From positions 1-64,000 of the forward strand of contig MCFH01000061.1 of assembly GCA_002104945.1 (NCBI GenBank): DNA of 64,000 nucleotides, written 5' to 3'. The stretch comes from Piromyces finnis finn. Its lineage: Eukaryota; Fungi; Neocallimastigomycota. Under the pieces are notes generated by a model. That model was not told where the DNA came from. It was given only the letters and a program-made list of their open reading frames with translations, and searched no databases. Below are positions 25,785 through 39,500 of this stretch, piece after piece. Both the position numbers and the translations under genes were made by a program. The first letter of the stretch is position 1. The number at the start of each line of letters is the position of its first letter.

Positions 25785-26885
25785 AGTTGTGTCAAGAATA
25801 AAAGACGATTAATAAATAAATTAAACATTCAAATAGACAATTTAAAAATCAATTTTATATTTCAAAAATTATAAAATACTTTTAAAAATAATTAAAAGGT
25901 TACTTTGAAAAATTTTAATAATGAAAAGGGTTAAAACTCATAAAAATTTAGTATATTCAATAAATTAACTCTATAGAGAAAATTACAATACTCGAAAGAA
26001 GGCGTAATTTTTAAATATTGCATCTTTTTTTCATTTATTAAAGACGTCATACCAACCTTGTTGGGAAGCTCTAGTAAAAATTTATATTCTCATAAATTAT
26101 TAACTATTTTAAACCACCTGTCGGTTCAAGAAATATGCTTACTTAAAGATTTATCTAGTTCCTATTAATATATATTAAAGTGATTAATATTAATTTACAT
26201 AATTAAAGTCATTTCAAGTCACCCAACTGATATGAAATAAACATAAAAACATTATTTAATAATATAATTGAATATTACAATAAATATTATAAACATAGAT
26301 TAATATAATATTAAAATAGTATAAAATATTTTACGCTTAATTAATTAAATATAATGATTTAATTTATTAAATAATTAAAGACAAGTAATATCTTTACAGG
26401 CGAGAATTTTATGTGTCAGATATTAAGTTTTTCTGAATTTTTAAATTTATATAATTGTGAAGTCATAATATATATTTTTTGATTATTTAATAATTAATTA
26501 TTTAAGAATAATTTAATTAAAGTTAAATAAAAATAGATATTTAAATTATAAAATATAAGAATTTTAGTTAAATTCAAATATTTCAAATATTTTAAATATT
26601 CAAAATAATTTTAAAAAGTTTTTATTTAATTAAAATTTGTTTAATAACTTTAGTGTAGTTTTAAAATAAATTTTTTTTTCAATAAGAAATATGTTATAAA
26701 TAGTATTATTAATATTAAGTTAATAAATTTTTTAATACATGAACTGTATTCAATTTGCATTTTACTTTATATTTATATTTTTACGCCTATTATATATTTA
26801 AAATCAAATTATTATTCTTTAATATACAATATTAATTTAGGAATATAAAATAAAAACAAAAAATAAAGTTAAACTAAAAATTATT

Positions 26886-26978
26886 TGCTCATGGCGGGGG
26901 TCGAACCCGCGATCTTCGCGTTGCATAAGAGGATCACCCTTATAAGCACGACGCCTTAAACCTCTAGGCTACACGAGC
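26886..26978 (-). tRNA. tRNA-Ile: tRNA-Ile(UAU), intron-containing
   Basis: Mirror of 15182-15274. Confidence 0.93.
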
Positions 26979-27044
26979 TGGTCAAAATTTTTTTGCTAAC
27001 AACCAATCTTAAATACAAATTATATAATCCCACGAGGTTAGATG

Positions 27045-28028
27045 TGTGAAGATATTAACTGGATTTAAAACAAATTCAGATAATATCTATAATTAATTAA
27101 ACATAATAATTATAATTAAATAATTTCAATAATTATTTTAAAACACCTTTAAAAATCACCTTTTAAATTTTGATTCAGTGAAAGGGTTATGATTTCAAAA
27201 ATTTAATATCAATACACTATAACCCTTAGCTAAAAATAAACAAACACGAAACAAGGCATAACTCGCCAAAAACGAACGCTACGACTGTAAGTACTACGGC
27301 TATGAAACCAAGTTTATTAGAAAGCTTAGGGAAAAAGCTATATTTTGGTACAATCGCAGTCCTTCTAACTGATCATTTAAAGAAGATCATTCAAAGATTT
27401 TAATAGGTAAATTAGAATCAATATGATATCAAGTATGGATCATAAATATTTCTTATGACTTTACGAAAATTAAAAATTTATCAATAGGAATTTTAATTAT
27501 ATTAATTTAATTAATGATAATGACTATTACTAAAAATAGAACTAAACCATTTAGGTGTAACAGTTAACATCTATAAATTAAATAATTCTAATTATTATAA
27601 ATTAGGTTAACGGATCAAGTGTTTAAATGATTAATCATATGTTTATTTTATTTGTATGTCATGACAAACAAACAAACAAACAATCTTATTATGTTATTAA
27701 TATATTACATGTAATACTTTATTTTTATCAATATAATAATCTGAACAAAGAATATAAAATAGAATGAATTGAATTCGATTTTAATTCTTTGTAAAGATTA
27801 TAGTTATAATCTTAATTATATAGTTATTAAATATATTATCATTTATATTATTATTACTAAATAAATAAAATTTTATAAAAAGTTATTTTAAAAAATAAAT
27901 ATTAATTTTTCATTTGGAAGTTTAAAGTGTGTTATTTTATATTTAAATTTAATTTCTTAAAAAATATTTTTTACTATATAGTTAAAACATTCTGACCTGG
28001 CCGCATAACCAAACCCCAAAACTTAACA
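27045..28028. mobile_element. Family C solo LTR (mirror copy)
   Basis: TGTGAAGA...CTTAACA with TSD AGATG at 27040-27044 and 28029-28033. Confidence 0.88.
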
Positions 28029-28574
28029 AGATGTGTCACGAATACTAGTGAAATCTGCAGTTTCAAGATAACTTGAAATTGTGAAATTACTTATAAAATT
28101 TCAAATAAATTATAAAATTATATTAAGAAATATTTAAAAATTTAGAAAAGGTTAAGATATGACCTTAATCCTTAATAATTTTTATAATAAATAACTTTTG
28201 AGAAAATTTATAATATTGTTTTTAATATAAACTTTATTTATTAATATTATTAATAAAAAGGTAATTACAAAGTACATAAATAGTTCATAAATTTATTCTC
28301 TATTTATACTAAGAATTGTGGCGTATTATTTATCATGAGAATATTCTATGACTAAATATATTAATAATACATAATTCTATTCTATTCTACATATTTCTAG
28401 ATTTAAGTTAAATTATTAATGTTTAACATTCTCCCCCTCAAATTTGTTTTTTATGAAAAGTAAAAATTAAATTTGAAGAGATTAAGAAATTGAAAAATTT
28501 AAATAGTTGAATGTAAAATATAAAATATAAGATATTAATAAAATAAAGTTGATTATAAGTTTTTGTAAATTTTG

Positions 28575-29762
28575 TTATTTTTTAAATATAATGTCAGTGA
28601 ACTTTTGCATTTTTGATCCATTAATATTTTTTGTTAAAAAGTCTGCTAACATATTATTTGTGTCAATATATTCTAGTTTAATTTTGTTATTTTTAATATT
28701 GTCTCTATTGAAATGGAATTTTATATTTATGTATTTAAGTTTGGAATTTAATTCACCATTTTCAATTGCTCTTTTACTTGCTAAGTTGTCAATATAAATA
28801 ATTATTGGTTCGTTGAATTTGAATAATTCTTCTAGGATATTTCTAAAGTATAAAATTTTCTTTGTGCATTCTGTAGTGCTGATATATTCGGCTTCAGCAG
28901 TAGAAGTAGCAACAGTTTGTTGTTTATTTGAGCACCAACATATTGGATTATTTTCCATAAGAATTATATATCCTGATGTTGATTTTCCATCCATCTTATC
29001 TCCCCCAAAATCAGCATCAGTGAATGCAATGATTTTTCCATTACCATCATAAGTAATTTTGTAGTCTATAGTGGTTTTAAGATACTTGATAATATTTATA
29101 ACTTTATTGTAGTCGGAAATAGTAGGTTGTTCAGATTTTCGAGAAGCTTTGTGAACAGCAAAAGAAATATCTGGTCTTGTACATCTAGCAATGTAAATAA
29201 GAGAACCAATTAAACTTTTGTAAATGATAGTATCAAATGGTTTAGTGTTTTCAGAATCATTGTCACCAATACATGGTGTTTTTCGAGATCTGCAATTATC
29301 GAGATTATATTGGTCTAAAATATTTTCAATAACGTGCTTTTGTGAAATAGAATAAGAAAAATTATTGTTTTCAACTTTAATACCTAATAGATAATGAATA
29401 GGTTGACAGTTAGAAATTTTAAATTTAGATTTAATTTGTGAGATTATATTTATAAGTTCAAGGTTTGTTCCACAAATAATCATATCATCAACGTAAAGTC
29501 CAATAATACAAGAAATTTGGTTATCAAAAATTTTAAAGAAAATGCAATAGTCTGAAGTGCATTGAGAAAATCCATGATTAATAAGAAAAGTAGAAATGTA
29601 TTCATTCCATTGTCTTCCGCTTTGTTTGAGTCCGTATAGAGCCTTATTCAGTTTCCAAAATCCTTTTCCATAGTTTTTATCACCTTCGGGAATAGTAGTA
29701 TAGATTTCAGTATCTAAATTTGCATGGAGGCAGGTTTGATGTCCAATTGATAAACGTTCCAT
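28575..29762 (-). CDS. pol: Copia-2 RT/RNase H fragment (mirror)
   Basis: Translation identical to 12398-13585. Confidence 0.93.
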   Translation of the reverse strand: MERLSIGHQTCLHANLDTEIYTTIPEGDKNYGKGFWKLNKALYGLKQSGRQWNEYISTFLINHGFSQCTSDYCIFFKIFDNQISCIIGLYVDDMIICGTNLELINIISQIKSKFKISNCQPIHYLLGIKVENNNFSYSISQKHVIENILDQYNLDNCRSRKTPCIGDNDSENTKPFDTIIYKSLIGSLIYIARCTRPDISFAVHKASRKSEQPTISDYNKVINIIKYLKTTIDYKITYDGNGKIIAFTDADFGGDKMDGKSTSGYIILMENNPICWCSNKQQTVATSTAEAEYISTTECTKKILYFRNILEELFKFNEPIIIYIDNLASKRAIENGELNSKLKYINIKFHFNRDNIKNNKIKLEYIDTNNMLADFLTKNINGSKMQKFTDIIFKK

Positions 29763-30595
29763 TTGAATTTTGCGGAAATAGCAAGAAGAAGTTTAATAAT
29801 ATCAAAGTTTAAAGTTGGAGAGTATGTAAATTCAAAATCAATGCCATATTTTTGTATGTAACCTCTAGCTACAATACGTGCTTTATATTTAGTAATGTAA
29901 TTATTTTCATCTGTTTTAATAGTGAAAATCCATTTGGTGGTTACTACATTTTTACCTTTGGGAAGATTTTTAACGAATGTCATAGTTTTATTTCTGTAAA
30001 GATTGTTTAGTTCATCATAAATAGCTTTAATCCATTTGTCACTATTATTATTTGATAATGCATCTTGATAGGTTATAGGAATTGATGTATGTATTGAAGA
30101 AATAGAATCAATTTTAGGATAAGAATAAGAATTGAGTCTTTTGAGTTTTGGGTTAATAAGTGGACTGGTAGGTCTTTTAGGGATTTTATGATTTGTATCG
30201 TTAAAAAATGTGGAAAATTTGTCATAAAAATTAGTTGGATTATTTGGAAAATTATTAATGTTATTATTTTCTATAATAGGAGTCGAACTATTAAAATTAT
30301 TATTATATGAAGAAAAATTATTTGTATTAAGAAATTCATCATGAATTTCGAGATCATTATTTGTAGGAGTTGGAAAAATTTGACTATTATAATTAATGTT
30401 GATATTAGTAGGTGTGTCTGTATCATTATAATTTTTATTTGGTGTGGTAAAATTATTATTTGACGAGAAATTTCTTGAAATGTTTTTTGAAATTTCAAGA
30501 TCATAATTATTTTCAGAATTTGAAATTTTATTATTAAAATTTTGATTATTTAAAGTTTTCATTATTAGAATTGGAGAAAATTTTTGATGTTTCAC
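29714..30595 (-). pseudogene. pol: Copia-2 linker and RT N-terminus (mirror)
   Basis: Translation identical to 11565-12446. Confidence 0.88.
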
Positions 30596-31280
30596 CAGAA
30601 AAATTTGTTGTAGTACCTGAAAATTCTTTTAAATTATCTGAAGAGTTAGGTGAATTATTTGTGATTGGGATATAATTAAAAATTTCTGAATTGGTACTGT
30701 TGGCGGAATTGAACTCTGGAGGGTCGAACTTAGTAGAATTGTCCTTAACCATTGGGACATAAGAATTAAAATCGTATGGATCTTTAATTGTTGATTCGGA
30801 GTCAGCAGAGTAGTTAGCAGGAGTATCTTCGTGGAAGTAGGCTTCTCTAACCAGATGAATAGTTTGTTTATTATAGTCCATTATTATATATGAATTCGCA
30901 TTTGTATTAAATCCTAAAAATATGCCTTTAGCAGTGTTTGGTGATAACTTGTTTTTATTTTGATTAAAAATTTTGTATTCGCAAATGCATCCAAAGACTT
31001 TGATATGGTTAATATTAGCTTTTTTACTATTATAAATTTCATATGGAATATGATTTGAAATGCCTTGATGAGGAACTAAATTATAAATATAATTAGAATA
31101 TTGTACTGCAAAATTCCAAAAATTAATACTAAGTTTGCTCCAATATAATAAAGTTTTGGTTGAACCTTTCTGCAATACCGTTATTTTCTGGGTTGTAAGG
31201 AGGAGAAAATAATTTAATAATTCCATATTTTTTGCAGAATTTAATAACCTTTTTGTTAGTGTATTCTTTACCATTATCAC
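30546..31280 (-). pseudogene. pol: Copia-2 integrase C-terminus (mirror)
   Basis: Translation identical to 10880-11614. Confidence 0.85.
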
Positions 31281-32496
31281 TTTTAAAATATTTGACTTTG
31301 TGATTATTTGACTGGTTATTAATAAGAGTTAAAAATTCAATAATTATTTTGGGAGCTTCAGCTTTAGAAGAAAGTAGATATATCCAGGAATGTCTTGAAA
31401 AATCATCAATGAAAGTAAGAATATATTTCTTTTTATTAACAGATTCAGTAAGTGGACCAATAATATCTGAATGGATAACTTCATTGATTTCGGAAGCTTT
31501 AGGTGTAATTTTATTATGAGGCTTTCTTTTTAATTTGCTGGCTTTGCATTCATTACAAAAATTTTGGGAAATATTGTGTTCAATTAAATATTTTTTAAGA
31601 TCTTTATTATAGTAATGAGCAAGTCGATTGTGCCATAGTGTTTCATTAAAATTTGAATTATTGATATTGAATATACGCTTATTATTGTATTCTTTGTTTT
31701 TAGTATGAATAAGAAAGCTATTATCATTGTTTGAGAAAGTTTTATAAATGTTCTTGTTATCTTGAGATTTAATTATGATACAGGGTTTATTATTTTCTTG
31801 ACTTATAGTACTTTTGAATCCAGAGTTACTAAGTTTAATGCCGCTAATTAAGTTTTTGTTTAATTGTTTGGAATAGTATACGTTGACTAATTTTATTGGA
31901 TAGTTATTTATATATCCTTCATATGTGCCAAATCCATCAAAGTAGCATACTGTATTGTTAGCACAATTCATTTTAATTTTCTTATGGCAAAAATTCTTAA
32001 GAATATTTTTATTATTTGTAACATGTTCCGAAGCACCTGTATCGTATATCCAGCATGTATGATATTTATTTATATTTTTATTTAAATCATTGTTTATTTG
32101 AATGGAATTTATATTGTGTTTTTCTAGTATTAGTCTAAGCTCATCTAGTGTAGAATTATCATTGTAATTATTAATATTTTGCTTGTTACTATCGTATGAG
32201 ATATTGTTTACTTTTCCATTAAACTTATTATATTGACTATTGTGGTATGATTTATGGCTTGGCCTTCTTATATTGTGGCTTGATCTTCTATTATTATTAT
32301 TTTTTGAATTATAGTAGCAATTTTCAGTGTTGTGATTATTCTTTTTGCAAATATCACAGTATTTATTTTGTTTAAAATTCTTTCTAAAATTATTATTTTT
32401 ATTTTTATAGAAAATTTTATCAAGGTAATCGATATCCATTTTATCTTCAGTGTTTATAAATATTTTTGGAGGTGTTATTTCATCGGCATGGTTCAT
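31129..32496 (-). CDS. pol: Copia-2 zinc knuckle/protease/integrase fragment (mirror)
   Basis: Translation identical to 9664-11031. Confidence 0.92.
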   Translation of the reverse strand: MNHADEITPPKIFINTEDKMDIDYLDKIFYKNKNNNFRKNFKQNKYCDICKKNNHNTENCYYNSKNNNNRRSSHNIRRPSHKSYHNSQYNKFNGKVNNISYDSNKQNINNYNDNSTLDELRLILEKHNINSIQINNDLNKNINKYHTCWIYDTGASEHVTNNKNILKNFCHKKIKMNCANNTVCYFDGFGTYEGYINNYPIKLVNVYYSKQLNKNLISGIKLSNSGFKSTISQENNKPCIIIKSQDNKNIYKTFSNNDNSFLIHTKNKEYNNKRIFNINNSNFNETLWHNRLAHYYNKDLKKYLIEHNISQNFCNECKASKLKRKPHNKITPKASEINEVIHSDIIGPLTESVNKKKYILTFIDDFSRHSWIYLLSSKAEAPKIIIEFLTLINNQSNNHKVKYFKSDNGKEYTNKKVIKFCKKYGIIKLFSPPYNPENNGIAERFNQNFIILEQT

Positions 32497-33077
32497 AGTT
32501 TTAATTCTTTCTTTATAGAGTTGAATAATTCTGATGATGTATTATAAGTATTTGATAGAATTATAATATTTCTAATATTGCTGGGTAATGAATTATACGT
32601 GTACCGCATTTTTTCTGCTTCGGTAAGTTGTGAATTATTTGATTCCATTAATCTAAAAAGTTCCATCATGTTGCTCAGAGTTTTAATAATTTCTTTTTCA
32701 TTTCTTGCCTTCATATTATTAATATTATTAATCTTGTTTAACCAGGCTTCAAGGTTTACATCATCGTCTTGTTTAAACAGTTCAGTTAACTTGCTCATGA
32801 CTTCATAAGCTGTATTAAGTCCTCTTAGGTAGCTATGAATGTTATCATCTATGGGAGTATAGATGATCCCATAGATGATACCGAGAGCTTTGGCATTTTC
32901 AATTCTTGCATTATTTAAAACATCCGGAGTAGTATTATTTTTCTTTAAATCATTAATGACGTCAGATTCAATGTATTGACTAAGTTGGAATGTAGTCAAA
33001 GTGTTCTTGGTATGGTTGTACCAGGCATTAAAGTTGGATCCATTGAGAGAAGGGCCTTTGAATAAATTGTAGTCCAT
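32493..33077 (-). CDS. gag: Copia-2 Gag N-terminal part (mirror)
   Basis: Translation identical to 9083-9667. Confidence 0.8.
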   Translation of the reverse strand: MDYNLFKGPSLNGSNFNAWYNHTKNTLTTFQLSQYIESDVINDLKKNNTTPDVLNNARIENAKALGIIYGIIYTPIDDNIHSYLRGLNTAYEVMSKLTELFKQDDDVNLEAWLNKINNINNMKARNEKEIIKTLSNMMELFRLMESNNSQLTEAEKMRYTYNSLPSNIRNIIILSNTYNTSSELFNSIKKELKL

Positions 33078-33853
33078 GATAATAAGAAAGTTGTGAGACT
33101 CTTAATCTGAGAAAATTTATAATATTGTTTTTAATATAAACTTTATTTATTAATATTATTAATAAAAAGTAATTACAAAGTACATAAATAGTTCATAAAT
33201 TTATTCTCTATTTATACTAAGAATTGTGGCGTATTATTTATCATGAGAATATTCTATGACTAAATATATTAATAATACATAATTCTATTCTATTCTACAT
33301 ATTTCTAGATTTAAGTTAAATTATTAATGTTTAATAACTTTAACCCTTATCGTCAAAATTGGATAAGGAAAAACATGCGTATCTCCTCAATGAATAGCGA
33401 TTTTGGATAATTGTATTTTTGGTAATTGTACGTTCGTTAGAAAGCCACGCTTGAGAACTACAACATATGTTAATGCGAGCATGTTATCTCTGCTGGTTCG
33501 TGAGATATTAAGGTTTAAAGATAATTATGAATAAATGATTAATGAAAATTCAGAGAATGGTCACCCCTAATGTATTAATCATAAATCATTCTGTAAAACT
33601 AAATTATCTTTTCCCATTGATTAAAGCAAATTAAATTAAATTAAATTACATTGTAATAATTCTCCAGAAGATAATAACTTTATTTTATAACAATTATTTC
33701 AATAAGACAAATTATAATCTTTGAATTAAAAGATTAATAACTATTATAATGATATTTGATGAATTATATTATTATTAATATAGTTAATATTATTAATAAT
33801 ATTTTATTAATATATTATTTAAATAAAATAAAGAAATTATTTTAACCACAATA

Positions 33854-36519
33854 CATAATGTAAGAGAGATATTTTGTCTAGAGGATAAACCAGCAAATAT
33901 CTCATTATCAAATAATATAAAATCGAATTTACATGGTACATCATTCTTTAAATTTGATTTTAATTTCAGTAAATATATGAAGATAAACGATAGATTTTTT
34001 ATTCAAAACAATAATAAAATAAACAAAATTTTTAACAAATCGGACGATGATAATAATCATAAAGCCCAAGTTCCAGAGGAACCAAATAAAGATAATAATA
34101 GCGTAAGAACAAAAGAAAAGGAAGATAATAATCTCAAAGAAAAAGAAAAAGTTGAAGAAAATGAGTCAATAGCTTCAGATGATGAAAACTTCTATTCAGC
34201 TGACGAAAATGAAGATGAATTTAACATTGAAAATGGTGAAAAAAGTTTTAATAATAAAAATTTGCAAGATTTTTAATCAAAAATTGAAAATGAAAATAAT
34301 AATAATTTAGGTTCAGAAATTAATCAAAATAATAATAATAATTTAAGTTCTCAAGAAAACGAAAATAATAATAATTTAGGTTCAAATAATTTTTCTAACA
34401 ATACTAATATATTTTCTAATTCAAATACTAAAGACACAAATTATAATAATTTAAGTTCCAATAACTCAGAAAAATCAAACTCTATTAAATATGATAATTC
34501 AAGAGATAATAACAACATGGATATTGATTTTAATTCAGATAATAAAAATATTAACAATGAATATACAAATAATATACGTGAAAATGTAAACAATAATATA
34601 TTAAATGAATCAAATTACATCCCTAATTCAAATTCTAATATTAATCAATCATCTACTAATAAATACGTACAAAGTCCAAATAATAATTACAAATATACTA
34701 AAAGTCCAAACTCTACATCAAACCTTAGATTTTCCGCAAGAAGAAGTTACAAAACCTTAATTATTGATAATAATAATAATTTCAATAAATCACAGGATTA
34801 CACCAGATTAAGGAATATCATTGCAAAAAACAGATTTTATTATCCTAATAAAACCTCTTTTAATAGTCACTCCATTTCTAATTTGAAGAAAAAATTAAAT
34901 AATAATACACACAAAATCTAGATATAAAACAAAATTTAAAAAACCTTCTTTTAACTCTAAACATATTTTTAATATTGTTACAAATGTCCCATTTACATAT
35001 AACGAAGCTGTCAATTGTATATACCAAAACGAATGGAAAACTGCTATAAATGAAGAATTATCCAATCTCTACAATAATAAAATTTTTACTTTTGTTAAAT
35101 ATGTCCCCAAAAATAAAAATTTAATTTCTACAAGATGGGTCTTCACCAATAAAAGAGGTCCGAACAATACTATTATTAAAAGAAAGGCCCGGGTCGTTGC
35201 TAGAGGGTTCAAACAGAAAAAAGGTATTGATTTCGATCTTACTTACTCCCCTACTCTCAATATTGATGGTCTTAAATTAATTATTGCGTTAGCCTCTAAA
35301 CTCAATTGGAACATGCTGCAACTTGATATTAAAGCCGCGTATCTCAATGCGGAATTGGACAAAGATATTTATACAACAATTCCTCCTGGAGATCCTAACT
35401 TTAGGCGGGGATATTGGAAGTTGAACAAAGCCCTTTACGGACTAAAGCAATCCGGTAGGCAATGGAATATAACTATCACAAAATTTTTAACCAAGAATAA
35501 TTACGAACAATTAATTTCTGAAAAATGTATCTTTAAAAAGGAACACAAAGGAAAATTAGTAGGGATTATAGGTCTTTACGTAGATGATATGGTAATTACA
35601 GGAGATAATAAAGAAATAGAAAGTATTGTAAAAACTATAAAACATAATTTCAAAGTATCTAAAGCCGAACCTATTAATTATATTCTCGGTATAAAAGTTG
35701 AAAGGGATAAAAACACATATACTATTTCTCAAACAGGTTTTATTGAAAAATTATTAGAAACATTTAATATACGTTACACAAGAAAAACTAATACTCCATG
35801 TGTAGGTGACAACATCAAAGGTGAAAATGATACACCATTTAGTGTAACAACATATAAGAGTGCTATTGGTTCGTTAATATATTTGGCAAAATGTACCAGA
35901 CCTGATATAGCATTTGCAGTAGGTAAAGCAACTAGAAAATCCGAAAACCCCACTATATCTGACTGGATAAAAGTTACACACATATTAAAATATTTAAACA
36001 CCACAAAGAACTTTAAAATTAATTATGAAGGAAAAGGAGAAATAATTTCTTATTGTGATGCAGATTTTGCTGGAGACATAAAAGATAGAAAATCCACTTC
36101 AGGAAATATTATACTAATGGGTAATAGTCCAATATGCTGGAACAGTAAGAAGCAAACGATAGTAGCCACATCAACTGCCGAAGCGGAATACATAAGTACT
36201 TCAGAATGTGTCAAAAAGGTATTATGGATAAAAAACATATTAGAAGAATTATTTAACTTTAATAAACCAATTACTATTTACACTGATAATATAGCAAGTA
36301 AAACAAATATAGAAAACGATGAAATAAATCCAAAATTAAAACACATTGCTATTAAATATTTTTTCAATAAAGATAACATTGATAAAGGAAAGGTAAAATT
36401 AAATTATATAGATACTAAAAATATGTTAGCTGATGTATTAACTAAAGTAACCAATGGTCCGAAAATGTCAAACTTTACAAACAAAATTTTTCTAATGAAA
36501 AATTAGTTTGAGGGAGGAA
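33854..36519 (+). mobile_element. Copia-1 5'-truncated element (mirror); 3' LTR starts at 36520
   Basis: Reverse complement of 5640-8305; PPT GAGGGAGGAA at 36510-36519. Confidence 0.92.
35313..36506 (+). CDS. pol: Copia-1 RT/RNase H (mirror)
   Basis: Translation identical to 5653-6846. Confidence 0.93.
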   Translation: MLQLDIKAAYLNAELDKDIYTTIPPGDPNFRRGYWKLNKALYGLKQSGRQWNITITKFLTKNNYEQLISEKCIFKKEHKGKLVGIIGLYVDDMVITGDNKEIESIVKTIKHNFKVSKAEPINYILGIKVERDKNTYTISQTGFIEKLLETFNIRYTRKTNTPCVGDNIKGENDTPFSVTTYKSAIGSLIYLAKCTRPDIAFAVGKATRKSENPTISDWIKVTHILKYLNTTKNFKINYEGKGEIISYCDADFAGDIKDRKSTSGNIILMGNSPICWNSKKQTIVATSTAEAEYISTSECVKKVLWIKNILEELFNFNKPITIYTDNIASKTNIENDEINPKLKHIAIKYFFNKDNIDKGKVKLNYIDTKNMLADVLTKVTNGPKMSNFTNKIFLMKN

Positions 36520-39500
36520 TGTTAACATAATACAAAATCATGTAATACATTATAATTTATAATGTAATAATATGTATTTGAAATAATATAATAGAATAAT
36601 GTAGCATAATAACGTAATATATTTGTTATATGTATGATATAAATGTAATGAAAATTTTTATTTAATAAATAGAAGACTTTATAATAAAATATATAAATAA
36701 ACATATACATTTGTGTAATAACTCTCGAGTACCGTAAAACTAGCTGGTTAATAATTATTTATATTAAATTATAAAATTTTAATTTATTAAATTGATTAAT
36801 AATTTGTTATTTATGACTTTTTATTGTATTCTAGTCTAGTTGTTGTATCTTCAGGAAAAGACTAGAAGAAAAACCCGAAGAATTATTTGTTGAATTAAAT
36901 AATTAAAAAACCAAATTGATTTTGGAAAAATATTATTTAATTTATTTTTAGTATTAGTGACTTAATTTGTATATATTAAAAATTAATCTACATATTTCTT
37001 TTACTGGATATTTCTATTTATTATATTTTTTAATTGAACATTATTGAATGAATTAAGTAAATTTCCATATTCTTTAAGGTTTATTTAATTTAATTATAAA
37101 ATAGAATTATAATAAATAATAAATTTAATATAAATTTATACTTAATAATACTTAAGAAAAATAGAATTTATTTCTATATTTCTTACACACAAAAGTTGTA
37201 AGAAATATTTGTGGTCATAAGTTTGCCCACAATTATTTCAATTGAAACCATATATTCTGGTTAACATTTATTGGCCGGAATTATATATAACCATATATTA
37301 ATGGTTAATTAAATAGGAAGTTTATTTGCCTTACCCAGTCAAGTGGTAAAGGAAATAAACTAGAATAGTTAAATAGAATAGTGTAAACAAACGCTAAATA
37401 CTTTAGCGTTAGTATTAAAGTAAATTAATAACTATAATAATAATTAATGTATGATAATTATAACTAATAAATAAAAGATATAATTAAAGAATAATTATTT
37501 AAGTAAATTTATTTCATAATAACATCTATTTTGTTTATATTTATTTTTGTGTAATGATATTTATTTTAGTTCTTTTATTATTTTTTATAAAACTTTATTT
37601 AGTTATTAACTCGTTAGAGAGGTAATAACTAATTTAATTAACTAATTATATAACTTATTAACTAATTTTATAATAAACCTTTTACAATGGTACAGGATTA
37701 TTATTCATATAGATATTTAAATTTTTATTAATAATATATTTTAACGATAAATAGATTATCTAAAATAAAATTATTGGCTGGTACATTTTTATACTTCAAA
37801 TTATTGATAAAAAAATAATATAATGATACAATCATTCAATAATTATAATTAAATAGTAATATAAATATTGATAATAATATATTTTGTTATAAAGATAAAT
37901 ATATAGTTTTTAATAAAAATATAAATTTTGTATTTAAGTATAAATATATTAAGTTTAATTTAGATACTAAACAAATCATTATTAATATTAATAATATAAT
38001 AATCCGAGAATAAAAATAGTAAAATAAGTTTAACAATTAATTAAAGTGTTTATCAATAAAGGTTAGGATAAACACAACATTAATAGGTATTTATTTTATT
38101 TCGTAATAACAAAAGTGATATAATTTGATAATAATCTTAATTTTGAATTTTACTTCAAAAAGTGATTATTATATTATATCTTTAGTTATAACTGTATAAG
38201 TTATATTAATTAAGACTTAAAATTGTTTTTATAAAAATTAATAATATTGTTTTATTAAAACACTAAATTGTTTTATTAGAAACCCTCGTTTTTCTAATAT
38301 TTAATTATTTAAAATTTTATTTATTTAATTATAAAAGTGATTATTAAAATTATAAAAATATTAACTAAACTATAGAATATTTCTTTATTAATAATAATAA
38401 TAATGATTAAAATAAGAATATTTACATGTATTTATATTTTCTTTTAAATTTAAACTATTTATATTAAAATAATAAAATTAATAACTATTTACAATAAAAG
38501 TAATAAAAGTAATTAAAAATAACAATAAGAGAAATAATTAAAAGTTAAAGAATATAAAAAGCTGTTTATTTTACAATTAATTAAAGTAATAATTATTTTT
38601 AATGTTTTAATGAAAGTGTTTACTTATATTATTTTATAACATGAATTATTATATTTGTTTACTTTTAAAGTGTAATTTACTAACGAAGTTATTAAATATT
38701 TAATTTAACAATTAATTTAACAAAAGTTATATATTTTGATCTCGATTAATTAAAGTTTATTATTTTCTTTCAATAATTAAAATATATGCAGTGTTTAAGA
38801 TTAATTTCATTTTAGAATTTTGGTAAAGTAATTAATTAAACTATAACTTATTTTAAGTTACTTTTAGGGTTAACTTAAAACAGGTTTAATAATAATTTTA
38901 TATTTATTAATTTCATTATTTATTAACAAGTATATCACAATAATATATATAAAAATTTAAAAAATTTGGACACATGGAAAAAATTAAAAATTTTTTTAAA
39001 ATTTGAAAATTTGAAAATTTGAAAAAATTTATTTTTTAAAATTTTATTAAAAAATTTCAAAGTATAAAATTTCTAATCTTTGAAATTATTAAATTTTTTT
39101 AAAATTATTAAAATTTTATTATTAACTATTTACAATAATTATATTAATTATTAATTTATAAAAATTAAATATTTTATAATTAGACAATAATTAATTAAAA
39201 TTAAAAATGTAATAATTAAAATTGTTCATGTATAAAAAGAACAAAAATTGACAAAAATTACGAAGCTTTAGCGTTAGTAATTTTTTTAACTTAAAGTTAA
39301 TAAAATTTATAAACACCTATAAAACCCAAAACTTTAAAAATTTTAATATTTTTAATAACTTAATATATGCTGATATTAAGTTATTGCTAAAATAAAAATA
39401 TTATCTAATTTTCTTTATATAAATATTATTAGCTTTACGCCTTCAATAGGAAAGCGTATTATATTTGTTAATTAATATAACTATTGTGCTTACCACACTT

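Larger units (their letters stand above)
28199..33336 (-). mobile_element. Copia-2 full-length element (mirror copy)
   Basis: LTRs at 33108-33336 and 28199-28428; ORFs identical to 9083-13585. Confidence 0.97.
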
